A stretch of DNA of 64,000 nucleotides from an uncultured Patescibacteria group bacterium (GCA_938041505.1 CALITC010000005.1:1106-65105), one strand, 5' to 3'. Positions 1 to 9,794 are shown, counted from the stretch's first letter. Notes: generated from the letters alone by a model not told the origin. Numbers and translations: made by a program.

Positions 1-87
1 TATGATGGATTTTACAACATCGATGCTACGCTTTCCTCTTGAGAGAATGTGATAAAATTCTACAAAAACAGTGGCGATAGATGATAT

Positions 88-117
88 ACTAAGCAGCATA
101 ATGCTTAGTTTTTTTTA
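88..117 (+). terminator. Rho-independent terminator-like hairpin
   Basis: 8-bp stem ACTAAGCA/TGCTTAGT with a 6-nt loop, followed by a run of 8 T. It lies downstream of a short open frame that ends at 40-42, the tail of a gene outside the window. Confidence 0.5.
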
Positions 118-152
118 CAAAGATAATTTTTTGTGCTTTGATAATACAAAAT

Positions 153-506
153 ATGACCTCTTACGGTAGATCTTCAGAAATGCAAGCAGTAGAGTATCTG
201 AAGCAAAATGGTTTTCAAATTCTAGACCAAAACTTCCAGTATTATGGGAGAGGGAGAGGTCGCAAAGGTGAAATAGATATTATCGCCCTCAAGAAGGGTA
301 GGTTGCATATGGTGGAGGTCAAAGCGCGTCGTAATCTCAAATTCGGACACCCGCTTAGTCAGATTACCTCAGCCAAAGTTATCCTTCTCAGACAAACAGC
401 AGAGTTTTTCTTCTTCAAAAATACAGAATACAGAGGTATGGCCATCCAGTTCGATGCAATTATCATCCTTCAAGATAAACTTGAATACTATCCAAACGCT
501 TTCTAA
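153..506 (+). CDS. yraN: YraN-family (UPF0102) endonuclease-like protein
   Basis: Translation has the family core GEIDIIALKKGRLHMVEVKARRN and the N-terminal AVEYLKQNGFQILDQN pattern. ATG at 153 is preferred over the TTG at 138 in the ORF track. Confidence 0.8.
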   Translation: MTSYGRSSEMQAVEYLKQNGFQILDQNFQYYGRGRGRKGEIDIIALKKGRLHMVEVKARRNLKFGHPLSQITSAKVILLRQTAEFFFFKNTEYRGMAIQFDAIIILQDKLEYYPNAF

Positions 507-519
507 TTCCCCATTTCCA

Positions 520-3012
520 CTATATATTTCGGAAATCAAAATTATCCAGGTCATCTAATTTATTTTTTTTCTTCGAGCTGGTAGGCTTTTGTTTTATGAA
601 ATCCTCCACAGTTAGGTCAGAATGGTTTGTATTCATAATGTTAAATTCATCAATGCCATCTAAATCTATAGAGCTCTGTTCGTTGAAATGGAAAGACGCT
701 ATAGCTTCTTTGGCAGCTAAGCTATGCTTACAATCAAAAATAAGCTTACCAATTTGAAAATCATCAAATTTCAGAATTTTTCGAATATTATCCTGTGCCC
801 AAGAATTAATTGAGTATTGTATGGGTTCAGTTAACGTCTGAAAGCGATGATACACTGTTAATAACTTGTTGATCTCATCTTTAGATGGAACAGGGTAAAT
901 GGTGCCAGACGCAATAAAAAAATCTTGAATATCCTGAATAGTCTTCGGTCCGTTCTCAAAGGTTAGCAATGAAGCAAGTTGTATATCTAGAGGGTAATTC
1001 CCAAATTTTTTTGTTGAGAATTGACTAAGTTTACTAAAGTCGAAACCTGGTCTAGCTTTGTGCTCTATAAGATCATCTGACAGATCTTTTTCGGTTCGTT
1101 TGGTTGTTTCAACTGTACTGTACTCCAAAAGCTCCTGGACTCTCTCAACTACTAACTCTCTATCATCAAGGTTTATGCCTGTGATACTCCCTTCGTTAAT
1201 AAAGTCTATGAGCATACCGACTCTTTCCTGCTTTCTTTTTCCAGTAAAAAACCTAAAAACTAAATAATATTTGGATCTTTTGTCATGATTATTCATCTGC
1301 GAATCAAAGTCCATTTCCATAATATCGTTAATGATTTCACTATAGAAAGATATTTCCATCTGTCGATAAAAATTCTCAAGAAATGCTTTCATATCAGCTG
1401 GGTCAGACAAATCTTGGTCTCTTAAGTCAGCCGAGGCTTTGCCGACAGGTAGGTTGGTGCCTTTGAGATTCTTGGCGCTATTAAGAATTGTAACGCTTTC
1501 CAACTCCTCTAACAATTGCACGGTCAAAGGGTTCTCAATTTCTCCACTATCTCGCAGATGAGAAATAAAATAGGTGCCACCTTTCCTGGTAAATGTGAGT
1601 TTGTGTTTGTCTTCAGGTTGTATCGATTGCTTAATTTTTGCAAATAACTTGATTATTCCAAAATCTGCTCCTGCCATCGAAATATCGTCATTAATCTCTT
1701 TTATAAACTTCAGGTCTTTACCCCAGGTTTTTTGATAGGTGTTTGTAGAGAGGTGTTCTTTGAAACGAGGAAATTTCTGTACTCTATCTCTTAAAAGAGA
1801 GTCATATAGCACGTTCTCGATCATTTTAATTTCTGCGTCAAATGTGTTGGTCCCATGCCGCTTATCATAATTAAGGGCTCTGGCTGCTGCTACGCCATCT
1901 TCCTTATAATTAAGATATAAGAATTCGATCTTTTCTTTGTTGGATAGTCCTTCACTGCCATATATATTGCTATTATTCTTTTCGAGCATCAAATCTTGCC
2001 TCAGAGAATCTTCGTTCAAGTTATTTTCTTCGTCTGTATATTTCTCCAAAACCGCGTCAATTTGTGTATCGTCAAATACCAGGACTGAGTCAAAGTAGTG
2101 CAAAAAAATATCTCTTCTAATCCCTGGTTCTGGAACTGTATATCTCTCTACGTGATTGTTCTTAATCATCGCAGCCCTCCTTTTGGGGGATTGGTTTTCC
2201 AAGTAAAAAGCTTCGATGTGTTGTATTCTAGACTGCAATAATTCTTCAACTTTTGCCAGGTATGTTGCGTCTTGTGTCCCGGTTATATTAATTGCAAATT
2301 CGTCTCCTCCAAGACGCCCTAATTGAATCTTAGGTTTTGTACCATCTGGTTGATCCACGTACAAGTCGATATTGTCTACCAAATCGGATAGAGCTTGTAA
2401 GCTTTGATGAATTAATATATCAGCGTAAGTAAGTTGGTTCTGACTTGCATTCAAAGCGTCTTGAACATAGTCTGATTTGCGTAAGTGTGCGAGGTCGAGC
2501 ACAAAAATGTTAAGGTGGGAATCTTCACGATACCCACCTTTTTTATTGCGTATTTTTTCTGATGTTGCAGAAATTAAAGCGTCTCTATTGAGAACAGCTA
2601 GTGGAGCTAGCTCAATTGGCTCTAAGGTCCCAGGATCTGTAAATAATTTTGCCTCCATACAACCCGGATCTACCAAGTTCAACAAAGAGCTATACAAATC
2701 TTTTTCAAAACCAACTAAATTATCTATTCCTTTTTCTACTAAAAACTGTAATTCTTCCGGGATATTATTCAAGGATAGTCGCTCAATTGCAGATAGCTTT
2801 TGGGCTTTTAGCTCTCTTGCCCGAGTTGTTTCACTCTGCGAAAAGTTGTGTTGTTTTTCGCCCGCAAACAACGACTCTCTTCGATTATCCCGAATAGTTT
2901 TTCTAAAATGTTTATTAAATTTTGAAGCAGGTAATATACCTTTTTCAGAAGATGGCCTACTTGTGAGAGTATCCAAGCCCATATATTTTTTGTTTTTTTG
3001 CTGATTCTTCAA
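520..3012 (-). CDS. Large (830 aa) protein with two tandem divergent GGDEF-like palm domains and a long uncharacterised C-terminal region
   Basis: First domain: FVLDLAHLRK ... ADILIH ... GRLGGDEFAINITG (intact GGDEF). Second domain: DLKFIKEINDDISMAGADFGIIKLFA ... FTRKGGTYFI (resembles DxDhFKxIND..G..GD..L ... RxGGDEF, degenerate GGTYF). No other domain recognised. Confidence 0.6.
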   Translation of the reverse strand: MKNQQKNKKYMGLDTLTSRPSSEKGILPASKFNKHFRKTIRDNRRESLFAGEKQHNFSQSETTRARELKAQKLSAIERLSLNNIPEELQFLVEKGIDNLVGFEKDLYSSLLNLVDPGCMEAKLFTDPGTLEPIELAPLAVLNRDALISATSEKIRNKKGGYREDSHLNIFVLDLAHLRKSDYVQDALNASQNQLTYADILIHQSLQALSDLVDNIDLYVDQPDGTKPKIQLGRLGGDEFAINITGTQDATYLAKVEELLQSRIQHIEAFYLENQSPKRRAAMIKNNHVERYTVPEPGIRRDIFLHYFDSVLVFDDTQIDAVLEKYTDEENNLNEDSLRQDLMLEKNNSNIYGSEGLSNKEKIEFLYLNYKEDGVAAARALNYDKRHGTNTFDAEIKMIENVLYDSLLRDRVQKFPRFKEHLSTNTYQKTWGKDLKFIKEINDDISMAGADFGIIKLFAKIKQSIQPEDKHKLTFTRKGGTYFISHLRDSGEIENPLTVQLLEELESVTILNSAKNLKGTNLPVGKASADLRDQDLSDPADMKAFLENFYRQMEISFYSEIINDIMEMDFDSQMNNHDKRSKYYLVFRFFTGKRKQERVGMLIDFINEGSITGINLDDRELVVERVQELLEYSTVETTKRTEKDLSDDLIEHKARPGFDFSKLSQFSTKKFGNYPLDIQLASLLTFENGPKTIQDIQDFFIASGTIYPVPSKDEINKLLTVYHRFQTLTEPIQYSINSWAQDNIRKILKFDDFQIGKLIFDCKHSLAAKEAIASFHFNEQSSIDLDGIDEFNIMNTNHSDLTVEDFIKQKPTSSKKKNKLDDLDNFDFRNI

Positions 3013-3112
3013 CTAAGTATAGCTTATATTATGGACTCATTCAAGTAATTTTTAAAAAAAAACATCTAATAAATCAATAAATTAAGTAAATAAGCCCTTT
3101 AGTAAAAACTAT

Positions 3113-4039
3113 CTAATCAAGAATGTGCTGTTTAATTGTCTGGGTATCTATGTGGTATTTAGGCCACAGATCTTTACCAACTCTGGCAGACTTCCCAAAT
3201 TCTTTACGAATACACACATGTCTGATATCCCGGGCTAGCTTATATCGAGCCATTAATCCAAAAAGAAGACTACCGATTCCTCCAAATTCTTGATGTTCTT
3301 CTACGATAATTATCTTACTATAAGAATAGATGAGTTTAGCGAGCTTCTCTTGATCGTAACTAGTCAAATCCACCATAAATACAAGATCGCATGGGGTGTC
3401 TTCGTCTTCATAAGCTTTTAATGACTCCTCGCTGATTAATCCAGCCGATATAACAAGAGCCTTGGCTTCCTCTTCGCTTTTTAGAAATACAAAACCGTTA
3501 TTTGTGATTTCACCAAGTTCAACTTTATCTAATTCTGCCTTGTGCTCCATACGAGGTTGGAATAATACGGTAGGGTGGTAGTCTTCTGTAATCATTTGTT
3601 CGGTACACCAAACCGCACTCTCAGTGTTAAACGGGACCAAAACTCGAAGGTGAGGCAAGCAAAGCGTCAATGCTAAGTATTCCAAGCATTGATGTGTTGC
3701 TCCATCGCCGCCAACCGATAGGCCATAGTGAGAAGAGATTATACGCACTGGAGTGTGATTGTAGCAAACAGAAGTTCGGAGCTGATCCCAGTTACGACCG
3801 GGATGAAAGGCTGCGTAACTTCCTACAACGGGCTTCTTCCCAGAGAGAGAGAATCCGGCAGCCATGCTCATAAGTTCCTGTTCGGCGATACCAGCTTCGA
3901 CAAACTGATTGGGTAGTTTTTCGCGTATTTTATCAAAACCAACTGATTCAGCCAAGTCAGCAGTCATGGCTACAACGCTCGTATCTTCTAAGGCGAGGTT
4001 GTATAATGTGGAGGCAACAGTCTTACGAATTGAAGGCAT
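3113..4039 (-). CDS. Transketolase C-terminal (pyrimidine-binding plus C-terminal domain) subunit-like protein
   Basis: 308 aa with DLAESVGFDKIREKLPNQFVEAGIAEQELMSMAAGFSLSGKKPVV and HYGLSVGGDGATHQ, typical of the C-terminal half of split transketolases. Confidence 0.85.
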   Translation of the reverse strand: MPSIRKTVASTLYNLALEDTSVVAMTADLAESVGFDKIREKLPNQFVEAGIAEQELMSMAAGFSLSGKKPVVGSYAAFHPGRNWDQLRTSVCYNHTPVRIISSHYGLSVGGDGATHQCLEYLALTLCLPHLRVLVPFNTESAVWCTEQMITEDYHPTVLFQPRMEHKAELDKVELGEITNNGFVFLKSEEEAKALVISAGLISEESLKAYEDEDTPCDLVFMVDLTSYDQEKLAKLIYSYSKIIIVEEHQEFGGIGSLLFGLMARYKLARDIRHVCIRKEFGKSARVGKDLWPKYHIDTQTIKQHILD

Positions 4040-4089
4040 AATAGTAATAAATGATTACAAACCTCAATTTGGTCAACAAAAAAGAATAT

Positions 4090-5085
4090 TTAACCAACCT
4101 TATGAGGGCTATCTCGTTTGAAATCATCTTCGACTCGAACATTATCGTCCTCGCTCAAGAACGGCCCAAGTTGAATCTCGATAAAGTACAAGTCTTTATC
4201 CAGAGACTTATTGGTTACTCGGTGGATCTCCAGCATATCAATAAAGGTACTTCTTCCAGCCGAAAAAACCTCTTTGGTTGTCTTCTCCTTCTTTCCATGA
4301 GTTGATTGCTTGGTAACTTCTCCCATACCACCTGTAAAAATCCAGTGTTCTGTGCGGTGATGGTGGTACTGTAAACTTAAGCGAACACCATCTTTTTCAT
4401 TGTAAGAAAACTCAGGGTTTTTGGCACTTGCTTTATCTATAGAGAGGACGCGGATTATTTTGACACACACCTTTTGGCCGATCTTGAGAATCTCTGCAAA
4501 GTCGCCCCAAGGCCGGCTCTCCACATTGAGTGTTTGAGATTTTTTTAAAGATTTCCAGATTGTTTCTAGATCTTGGTTTTGAACTAAATCAGGAATATTA
4601 ACAGTGTACTTAACTTCAGAATTCTGCTCTTGTTCTTTGAGGGGAACTTCGATAGGGCTGTTGATCGATTCGTAGAAAGTTATGGTATTATTACTGAAGT
4701 CTTCTGGAGAGTTTGCCGTTTGAATCTCAAGGATCTTCAAAGGTATCACCCCCTCGTTATAGATCTCATGGATTTCGTTAGGCCTGATTGTGATACTGTA
4801 ATTTTCTCTAATTCTTTCAGTGTAGACAGCACCTGTATCCGGGCATCTCCAGCGCAGAGTCATAGAGCCGCTCGCAACCACGCACGTCTTACTGCGAAGA
4901 TTGTGGGAATGAGGGTTTTGGAAGTTCTTCCCTTTTTCACTTGAAATGGTAACTAGGTTCACTTGAGAATTGGGAAGTCTCAATAAGGGAACCCACCCAC
5001 CATAAGATTTCTTTTGTAGTTCAGATATATCGTTATTCTCTTCAATATAAGCCGGGTATATGATTTTGTCTTCAGAAGTTAGCAT
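4090..5085 (-). CDS. Bicupin protein, mannose-6-phosphate isomerase type II-like
   Basis: C-terminal half RPWGDFAEIL...VKIIRV...LSLQYHHHRTEHWIFTGG matches the cupin core of type II PMI/GMP C-terminal domains. The N-terminal half has a second cupin-like HSH...EIHEI pattern. Confidence 0.6.
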   Translation of the reverse strand: MLTSEDKIIYPAYIEENNDISELQKKSYGGWVPLLRLPNSQVNLVTISSEKGKNFQNPHSHNLRSKTCVVASGSMTLRWRCPDTGAVYTERIRENYSITIRPNEIHEIYNEGVIPLKILEIQTANSPEDFSNNTITFYESINSPIEVPLKEQEQNSEVKYTVNIPDLVQNQDLETIWKSLKKSQTLNVESRPWGDFAEILKIGQKVCVKIIRVLSIDKASAKNPEFSYNEKDGVRLSLQYHHHRTEHWIFTGGMGEVTKQSTHGKKEKTTKEVFSAGRSTFIDMLEIHRVTNKSLDKDLYFIEIQLGPFLSEDDNVRVEDDFKRDSPHKVG

Positions 5086-5207
5086 AGTATAAAAATTGTT
5101 AAGATTTTAGTTGATCCACAAGGTGATACACTGAGACGCCTGTCGCATCTTGTCAAACAAAAAACCGCAGTAATATTTTACTACAGTTCAGAAACAATTT
5201 ACCAATT

Positions 5208-5612
5208 TTAAGATCGGCCATAGTCATCGCTTATTCTCAAGATATCGTCTTCACCAATATAGTTACCAGTGCTGATCTCAGCCAGGACTAATTTGATCAC
5301 ACCTGGATTTTCAAGTCGGTGAATGGTGCATTGAGGAACAAGTATGGTTTGTCCGACACATAGCGAATTTTCGCTTTCTCCTACTTGAAGTTTACAAGAT
5401 CCAGACAACACAACAAACCTTTCCGAGCGATGATAGTGCACATGCAGGCTTAGTCGATGTCCTGGATATATTTCTAATCTTTTAATCCTATAATTATCTT
5501 CCTGAAGAAGAGTGGTGAAACTCCCCCAACTTCTAATTTCTTTGTTGGTGATAATTTCGAGATTGTTTGTCTGTCCTGTGTTTCTCAAGCAGTAAATATT
5601 GCTATCATTCAT
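5208..5612 (-). CDS. Single-cupin protein, mannose-6-phosphate isomerase type II-like
   Basis: RSWGSFTTLLQEDNYRIKRLEIYPGHRLSLHVHYHRSERFVVLSG...IHRLENPG is the canonical PMI-type cupin signature. Confidence 0.65.
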   Translation of the reverse strand: MNDSNIYCLRNTGQTNNLEIITNKEIRSWGSFTTLLQEDNYRIKRLEIYPGHRLSLHVHYHRSERFVVLSGSCKLQVGESENSLCVGQTILVPQCTIHRLENPGVIKLVLAEISTGNYIGEDDILRISDDYGRS

Positions 5613-5680
5613 CGATAACCTTCCTCGACTAAATCAACCTTACACAGAGGTAGCAAATCTTTAAGTGCTGGTCAATAGTT

Positions 5681-5710
5681 TTGACGAAAATAGCAAAATA
5701 GTCCTATAGT
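5681..5710 (+). promoter_or_regulatory. Sigma70-like promoter of the valS N-terminal piece
   Basis: TTGACG (5681-5686), 18-nt spacer, TATAGT (5705-5710). The ATG at 5720 is only 9 nt downstream, implying a leaderless or near-leaderless mRNA. Confidence 0.4.
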
Positions 5711-5719
5711 ACAACTAAC

Positions 5720-7858
5720 ATGACCATGAATTCGACTTACGATCCCAAGCAATATGAAGCTAAGATCAACACCAGCTGGCAAGAACAAAAAGTAGGAGAA
5801 GTCAATGAGCAAGGCCCGGATGCTAGTAGCACTCATACAATCCTTATGCCACCTCCGAATCTCACAGGAGTGTTGCACGCGGGGCATTCGTTCCAGCACT
5901 ATCTCATGGATACTATTTCCAGAATCCATCGCCAGCAAGGAGATCTGAGTCTATGGCAACCGGGGATCGATCATGCAGGTATTCAACTCGAAGGTGTTAT
6001 AGATAAGATGTTTAAGAGTGGGGATGTTGAGCTACCAAATGAAGTAACTACGCACTCAGATTATCCAGAAGATATTGATGAACTACCCAAATTCCTCAAA
6101 ACTAATTTTAGACAATTATGGCTCGAAACCGCTTGGTCCAAAGTCAACGAATGGCGAAATACTCAGCGAGATCAAGCCACTATCTTAGGTGATACTCCAG
6201 ACTATTCTCGCAATCTATTCACGCTCGATCCGCAAGCAGTGGACATGGTCAATCATGCTTTTATAAAGTACTGGGAAGATGGTCTCATCTACAAAAAATC
6301 CTACATGATCAACTGGTCTGTAGGCTTACAAACTGCCCTCAGTGATGTCCCTGAAGATATCGGTCACGAGACGCGCAAAGACCCGTTTGTTACCATTAAA
6401 TACCAATTGGCCCTCAGCCCAAATAGCGAGTATGAACCAATCCTTACAGACGATTTTGTCAAAGTAACTACGGTTCGCCCAGAGACAATTTTCTCAGATC
6501 AATTTATCTTAATTAACGAGCATGCATCTGCAATCTCCACAGAAATACTTGAAAAGATAAAATCCAGCGAAGAGGCTTTTTTGGTATTACCGTTGTCTCA
6601 AACAGATCTCTTTGAACAGAAGATATTTTTGCCGATTAAGCTGACGGTTGATAGCCAAGAAGTTGATCCAGAATTCGGCACAGGCGCGCTCAAAGTAACC
6701 CCTCCTCACGATATTCACGACTACGAGCTCTACGAGAAATATCAGCTCAAGTCTTTTGTAATCCAGGATGGTAAGCGAGTAACGAGAGATCCGTTTGAGA
6801 GTAGTGTTCAACGAAGTGGTAAGTTATCAGCATTGGCCGGACAGTTCAAAGGTTTGACGATGTTAGAAGGGCGCAAACAAGTAACCAAAGCTTTGATCGA
6901 ACGTGAACTTATACCACACGTTGAGTCAAGCACATCTAACGACGAATCCAAGGTGGAGAAGTGGATCGCCAATTATTTCAAGACCACTCCGAAATCTGTG
7001 ACAGGGTGGGGTAATTACGAGGTGCAATGGCAATATGAGCACAATGTAACTATTTGTGAGCGAAGTAAAACCATCGTGGAACCGCTTATTAGTGAAGAGT
7101 TCTTTATTTCATATTCAAACCCAACCTCCAGAGACAACAAAACTTTGGCACGGCTTGCCACAGAAGGTATAGAAGAAACAAACTATTACCCAGCTAACTT
7201 CAAAAACCTTGCCAATAACTTCATAGATAACATCCACGACTGGTGTATCTCCAGAGATTTGGTCTGGGGGCACTCCATGCCGATCTGGTACAACTTAGAG
7301 GTTAATCCGGACAAACGATTCTACAGTAGCCAAGAAGTAGCTTCAGACACTCAAAAGGCTGCCAGTTGCAAAGTTCAAGTGGACGAACCTACGGAGCCTG
7401 GCACTTGGGTCCAAGAAACCAAAATTCTCGATACTTGGTTTTCTTCTTGTCTGTGGCCACTCTCTTCACTTAACTACCTCCAACATCAAGAACATTTCGC
7501 TAAATTCTACCCAACTGACGAGATGATAACTGCCCGCGAGATCTTCTACGCCTGGGTAGTTCGTATGACTATGCTCGGTAAATACTTTACTGGAGAAATA
7601 CCTTTTAAATCTGTAGTAATCACCCCCACAATCCAAGACGAAAAAGGTCGAAAAATGAGTAAATCACTCAAGAACGGCCTGGACCCAGTCGAGGCCATAG
7701 ACAAATTCTCCAGCGATTCCCTCCGCCTAGCCATGCTCTCAGGCATGTACCCAAATAGAAATATGAAAATGGGTGGCAGTATTGCTGACAAATCACTAGA
7801 AAAATACCGTAACTTCGGCAACAAACTCTGGAACGTAGCCAGATTCTTAAAAGACTAA
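5720..7858 (+). CDS. valS: Valyl-tRNA synthetase, N-terminal piece (Rossmann catalytic core plus CP1 editing domain)
   Basis: HIGH-type PPPNLTGVLHAGH, editing-domain TTVRPETIFSD, KMSKS. Ends ...YRNFGNKLWNVARFLKD then TAA, the point where the anticodon-binding domain normally begins. Confidence 0.9.
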   Translation: MTMNSTYDPKQYEAKINTSWQEQKVGEVNEQGPDASSTHTILMPPPNLTGVLHAGHSFQHYLMDTISRIHRQQGDLSLWQPGIDHAGIQLEGVIDKMFKSGDVELPNEVTTHSDYPEDIDELPKFLKTNFRQLWLETAWSKVNEWRNTQRDQATILGDTPDYSRNLFTLDPQAVDMVNHAFIKYWEDGLIYKKSYMINWSVGLQTALSDVPEDIGHETRKDPFVTIKYQLALSPNSEYEPILTDDFVKVTTVRPETIFSDQFILINEHASAISTEILEKIKSSEEAFLVLPLSQTDLFEQKIFLPIKLTVDSQEVDPEFGTGALKVTPPHDIHDYELYEKYQLKSFVIQDGKRVTRDPFESSVQRSGKLSALAGQFKGLTMLEGRKQVTKALIERELIPHVESSTSNDESKVEKWIANYFKTTPKSVTGWGNYEVQWQYEHNVTICERSKTIVEPLISEEFFISYSNPTSRDNKTLARLATEGIEETNYYPANFKNLANNFIDNIHDWCISRDLVWGHSMPIWYNLEVNPDKRFYSSQEVASDTQKAASCKVQVDEPTEPGTWVQETKILDTWFSSCLWPLSSLNYLQHQEHFAKFYPTDEMITAREIFYAWVVRMTMLGKYFTGEIPFKSVVITPTIQDEKGRKMSKSLKNGLDPVEAIDKFSSDSLRLAMLSGMYPNRNMKMGGSIADKSLEKYRNFGNKLWNVARFLKD

Positions 7859-7859
7859 A

Positions 7860-7890
7860 AACAGACTCATTATAAGTCTGTTGTTTGTTG
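7860..7890 (+). terminator. Hairpin terminator after valS N-terminal piece (possibly bidirectional)
   Basis: AACAGACT / AGTCTGTT 8-bp stem with a 7-nt loop, then a T-rich tract GTTTGTT. The complementary strand also has a T-rich tail, so it may serve the convergent gene 7924-9006. Confidence 0.5.
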
Positions 7891-7923
7891 GATAAGAGAT
7901 GATTTTAATCCATTTTTGTATTT

Positions 7924-9006
7924 TTAGCTATTTTTGATCATCTCCTCTATTGCTAAGTAAGCTGATTCTGAGGCTCCGTGAACTGCGATTGTATTTCCTT
8001 TTGTATTATATGCCTCTCCTGCAAAAAATATTTTATTTTCTATCGAAGAAGCTATTTTTTTTACATTTCCTTTTCTCATCGAATAACTTCCTCTGATAAA
8101 TGGTTCTTTGGACCAATTTTGAATGACATGCTTTTTATAATACTTCGAAGCCTTTCTATTGTATATTGAGTCCAGCTCTTTTAAGACAAGTTCAATGATA
8201 TTTTTATCAGATTCTTGAGATGTATATTTAGTAGCTGCAGCTCCATGAGCAAATAACCCCAAAATATTTTTGTTTGAATGTTTTCCGTAAGCTGCATCAT
8301 AGTATCCGTGATCTTGAACAAAAGGATTCTTTAGGATTGTATTTAGTTCAAGCATATCAGGGTAAAATTTGATAGAGAACTCAATAAAAATTTTTATTCC
8401 ATCACTAACAACTTCCTGATCTATCGCTTGTTGTTTGTCTGTCGAAAGGTTTGGTATAAACTCAATATATCTGTCTTGTAATAATTTTATAGGAACTGTT
8501 AACAAAACTTTGTCACATTTAAATACTTTTCCTGAATTAGATTGCACTATTACTTGAGAGGATGAATAATCAATCTTTGTTACTGGCGTATTATACAAAA
8601 AATTTTTATGTATTTCAGAGGTTATTAGTTCATCAAAACAATCAAACCATGTTTTATTGACAAATTTGTAGTCACCAATGAATTGTAAAATGAAACGAAC
8701 CCAGCTAATGTTTTTTATTGTATTGTTTTTGAATAATTGTATTTTTCTAGGAACATATTTGAACATTGTGTAATCTGGATCCTTTCTTTTTAAAAGCTTA
8801 TCTAATACTTCGGGTTTGGCTTTAATTGATGTATGAACCCACTCAGCACCTAAATCAATTGGGAAATCTGCAAAATTATTTTCCTTTTTGATTCTTCCTC
8901 CATGAGTACTTGAAGCTTCTAATACTTTAAAAGCTATACCTTTTTTTGATAAAATATGTGCTGCCGTTATGCCAGCAGCTCCGGCACCGATTATTATTAC
9001 TTTCAT
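7924..9006 (-). CDS. FAD-dependent amine oxidase-family oxidoreductase
   Basis: N-terminal dinucleotide fold MKVIIIGAGAAGITAAHILSKKGIAFKVLEASSTHGGRI and C-terminal FFAGEA...HGA motif of flavin amine oxidases. Internal ATG at 9006 chosen as the start. Confidence 0.75.
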   Translation of the reverse strand: MKVIIIGAGAAGITAAHILSKKGIAFKVLEASSTHGGRIKKENNFADFPIDLGAEWVHTSIKAKPEVLDKLLKRKDPDYTMFKYVPRKIQLFKNNTIKNISWVRFILQFIGDYKFVNKTWFDCFDELITSEIHKNFLYNTPVTKIDYSSSQVIVQSNSGKVFKCDKVLLTVPIKLLQDRYIEFIPNLSTDKQQAIDQEVVSDGIKIFIEFSIKFYPDMLELNTILKNPFVQDHGYYDAAYGKHSNKNILGLFAHGAAATKYTSQESDKNIIELVLKELDSIYNRKASKYYKKHVIQNWSKEPFIRGSYSMRKGNVKKIASSIENKIFFAGEAYNTKGNTIAVHGASESAYLAIEEMIKNS

Positions 9007-9245
9007 AATTGTTGGTTTAAGATGTAAAACTATGTTCAAGTGAATTTATAAGCATATCGAGTATACAACTATAAAAACAATGATTATGTAACATCCTTTT
9101 GTCTAATGATAATTGATCTAAATACCTATGATAATCAAAAAAGTAATGTAGAAAATTTGAATCATGAGTATTGTTTCACGACGGGGCTTTTTTATGGGTG
9201 GTGATTTATTTGCAAATATTATTATCTTTCGATATACCTAATACA

Positions 9246-9794
9246 ATGGAATCTCAAATCAAAGTTGTTCGAAGCCGAAGGCGTAGCCTAAGCTTGACTG
9301 TGGATCATGAAGGGCAGGTCATCATCAAAGCGCCAAATCATATTAAGAACGAATTCATCGTAGATTTTGTAAAGCAAAAAAAGCGCTGGATCCAAAAAAA
9401 CCTGGCCAAAGTCCAAGTGTCCAAAGAACGCGTGAAAACTATCGATCTCTCTAAAGAAAAACTAGCCATCTTAAAATCAAGATCGCAAGAAATTCTCTCA
9501 AAAGAGACTCAAGAGGTAGGTGCAAGAATGAACTTAGTGCCAGCAAATATCAAAACCACATCCGCCAGAACGTTATGGGGGTCTTGCACTGTCGACAATA
9601 TAGTCCGGCTAAACTGGCGCCTGTTGCTGGTACCGCAAGAATGCAGGGAATATGTAATCATCCACGAATTAGCTCACATAACTCACAAAAACCACTCGGG
9701 AGAATTTTGGAATTTGGTTGGTCAACATTGCACTAACTACAAAGAACTTCGACAGAAGCTCAAAGAATATTCGTATTTATTGAAGTCCACCTAG
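9246..9794 (+). CDS. YgjP-like (DUF45/M48-related) zinc metallopeptidase
   Basis: HELAHITHKNHSGEFW (HExxH plus downstream H..FW) and the overall about 180-aa size are typical of the family. ATG at 9246 is preferred to the TTG at 9171. Confidence 0.8.
   Translation: MESQIKVVRSRRRSLSLTVDHEGQVIIKAPNHIKNEFIVDFVKQKKRWIQKNLAKVQVSKERVKTIDLSKEKLAILKSRSQEILSKETQEVGARMNLVPANIKTTSARTLWGSCTVDNIVRLNWRLLLVPQECREYVIIHELAHITHKNHSGEFWNLVGQHCTNYKELRQKLKEYSYLLKST

Noticed and set aside
2477-3004. Antisense ORFs in the track. Examples: 2477-3004, 14806-16406 series, 17155-17775, 25796-26329, 26621-27044, 34742-35101, 47430-47905, 60703-61050.
   Set aside because: All lie entirely inside longer ORFs on the opposite strand that have recognisable domains or a coherent protein-like composition. 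Their translations are low-complexity (Ser/Leu/Arg-rich) shadow frames.
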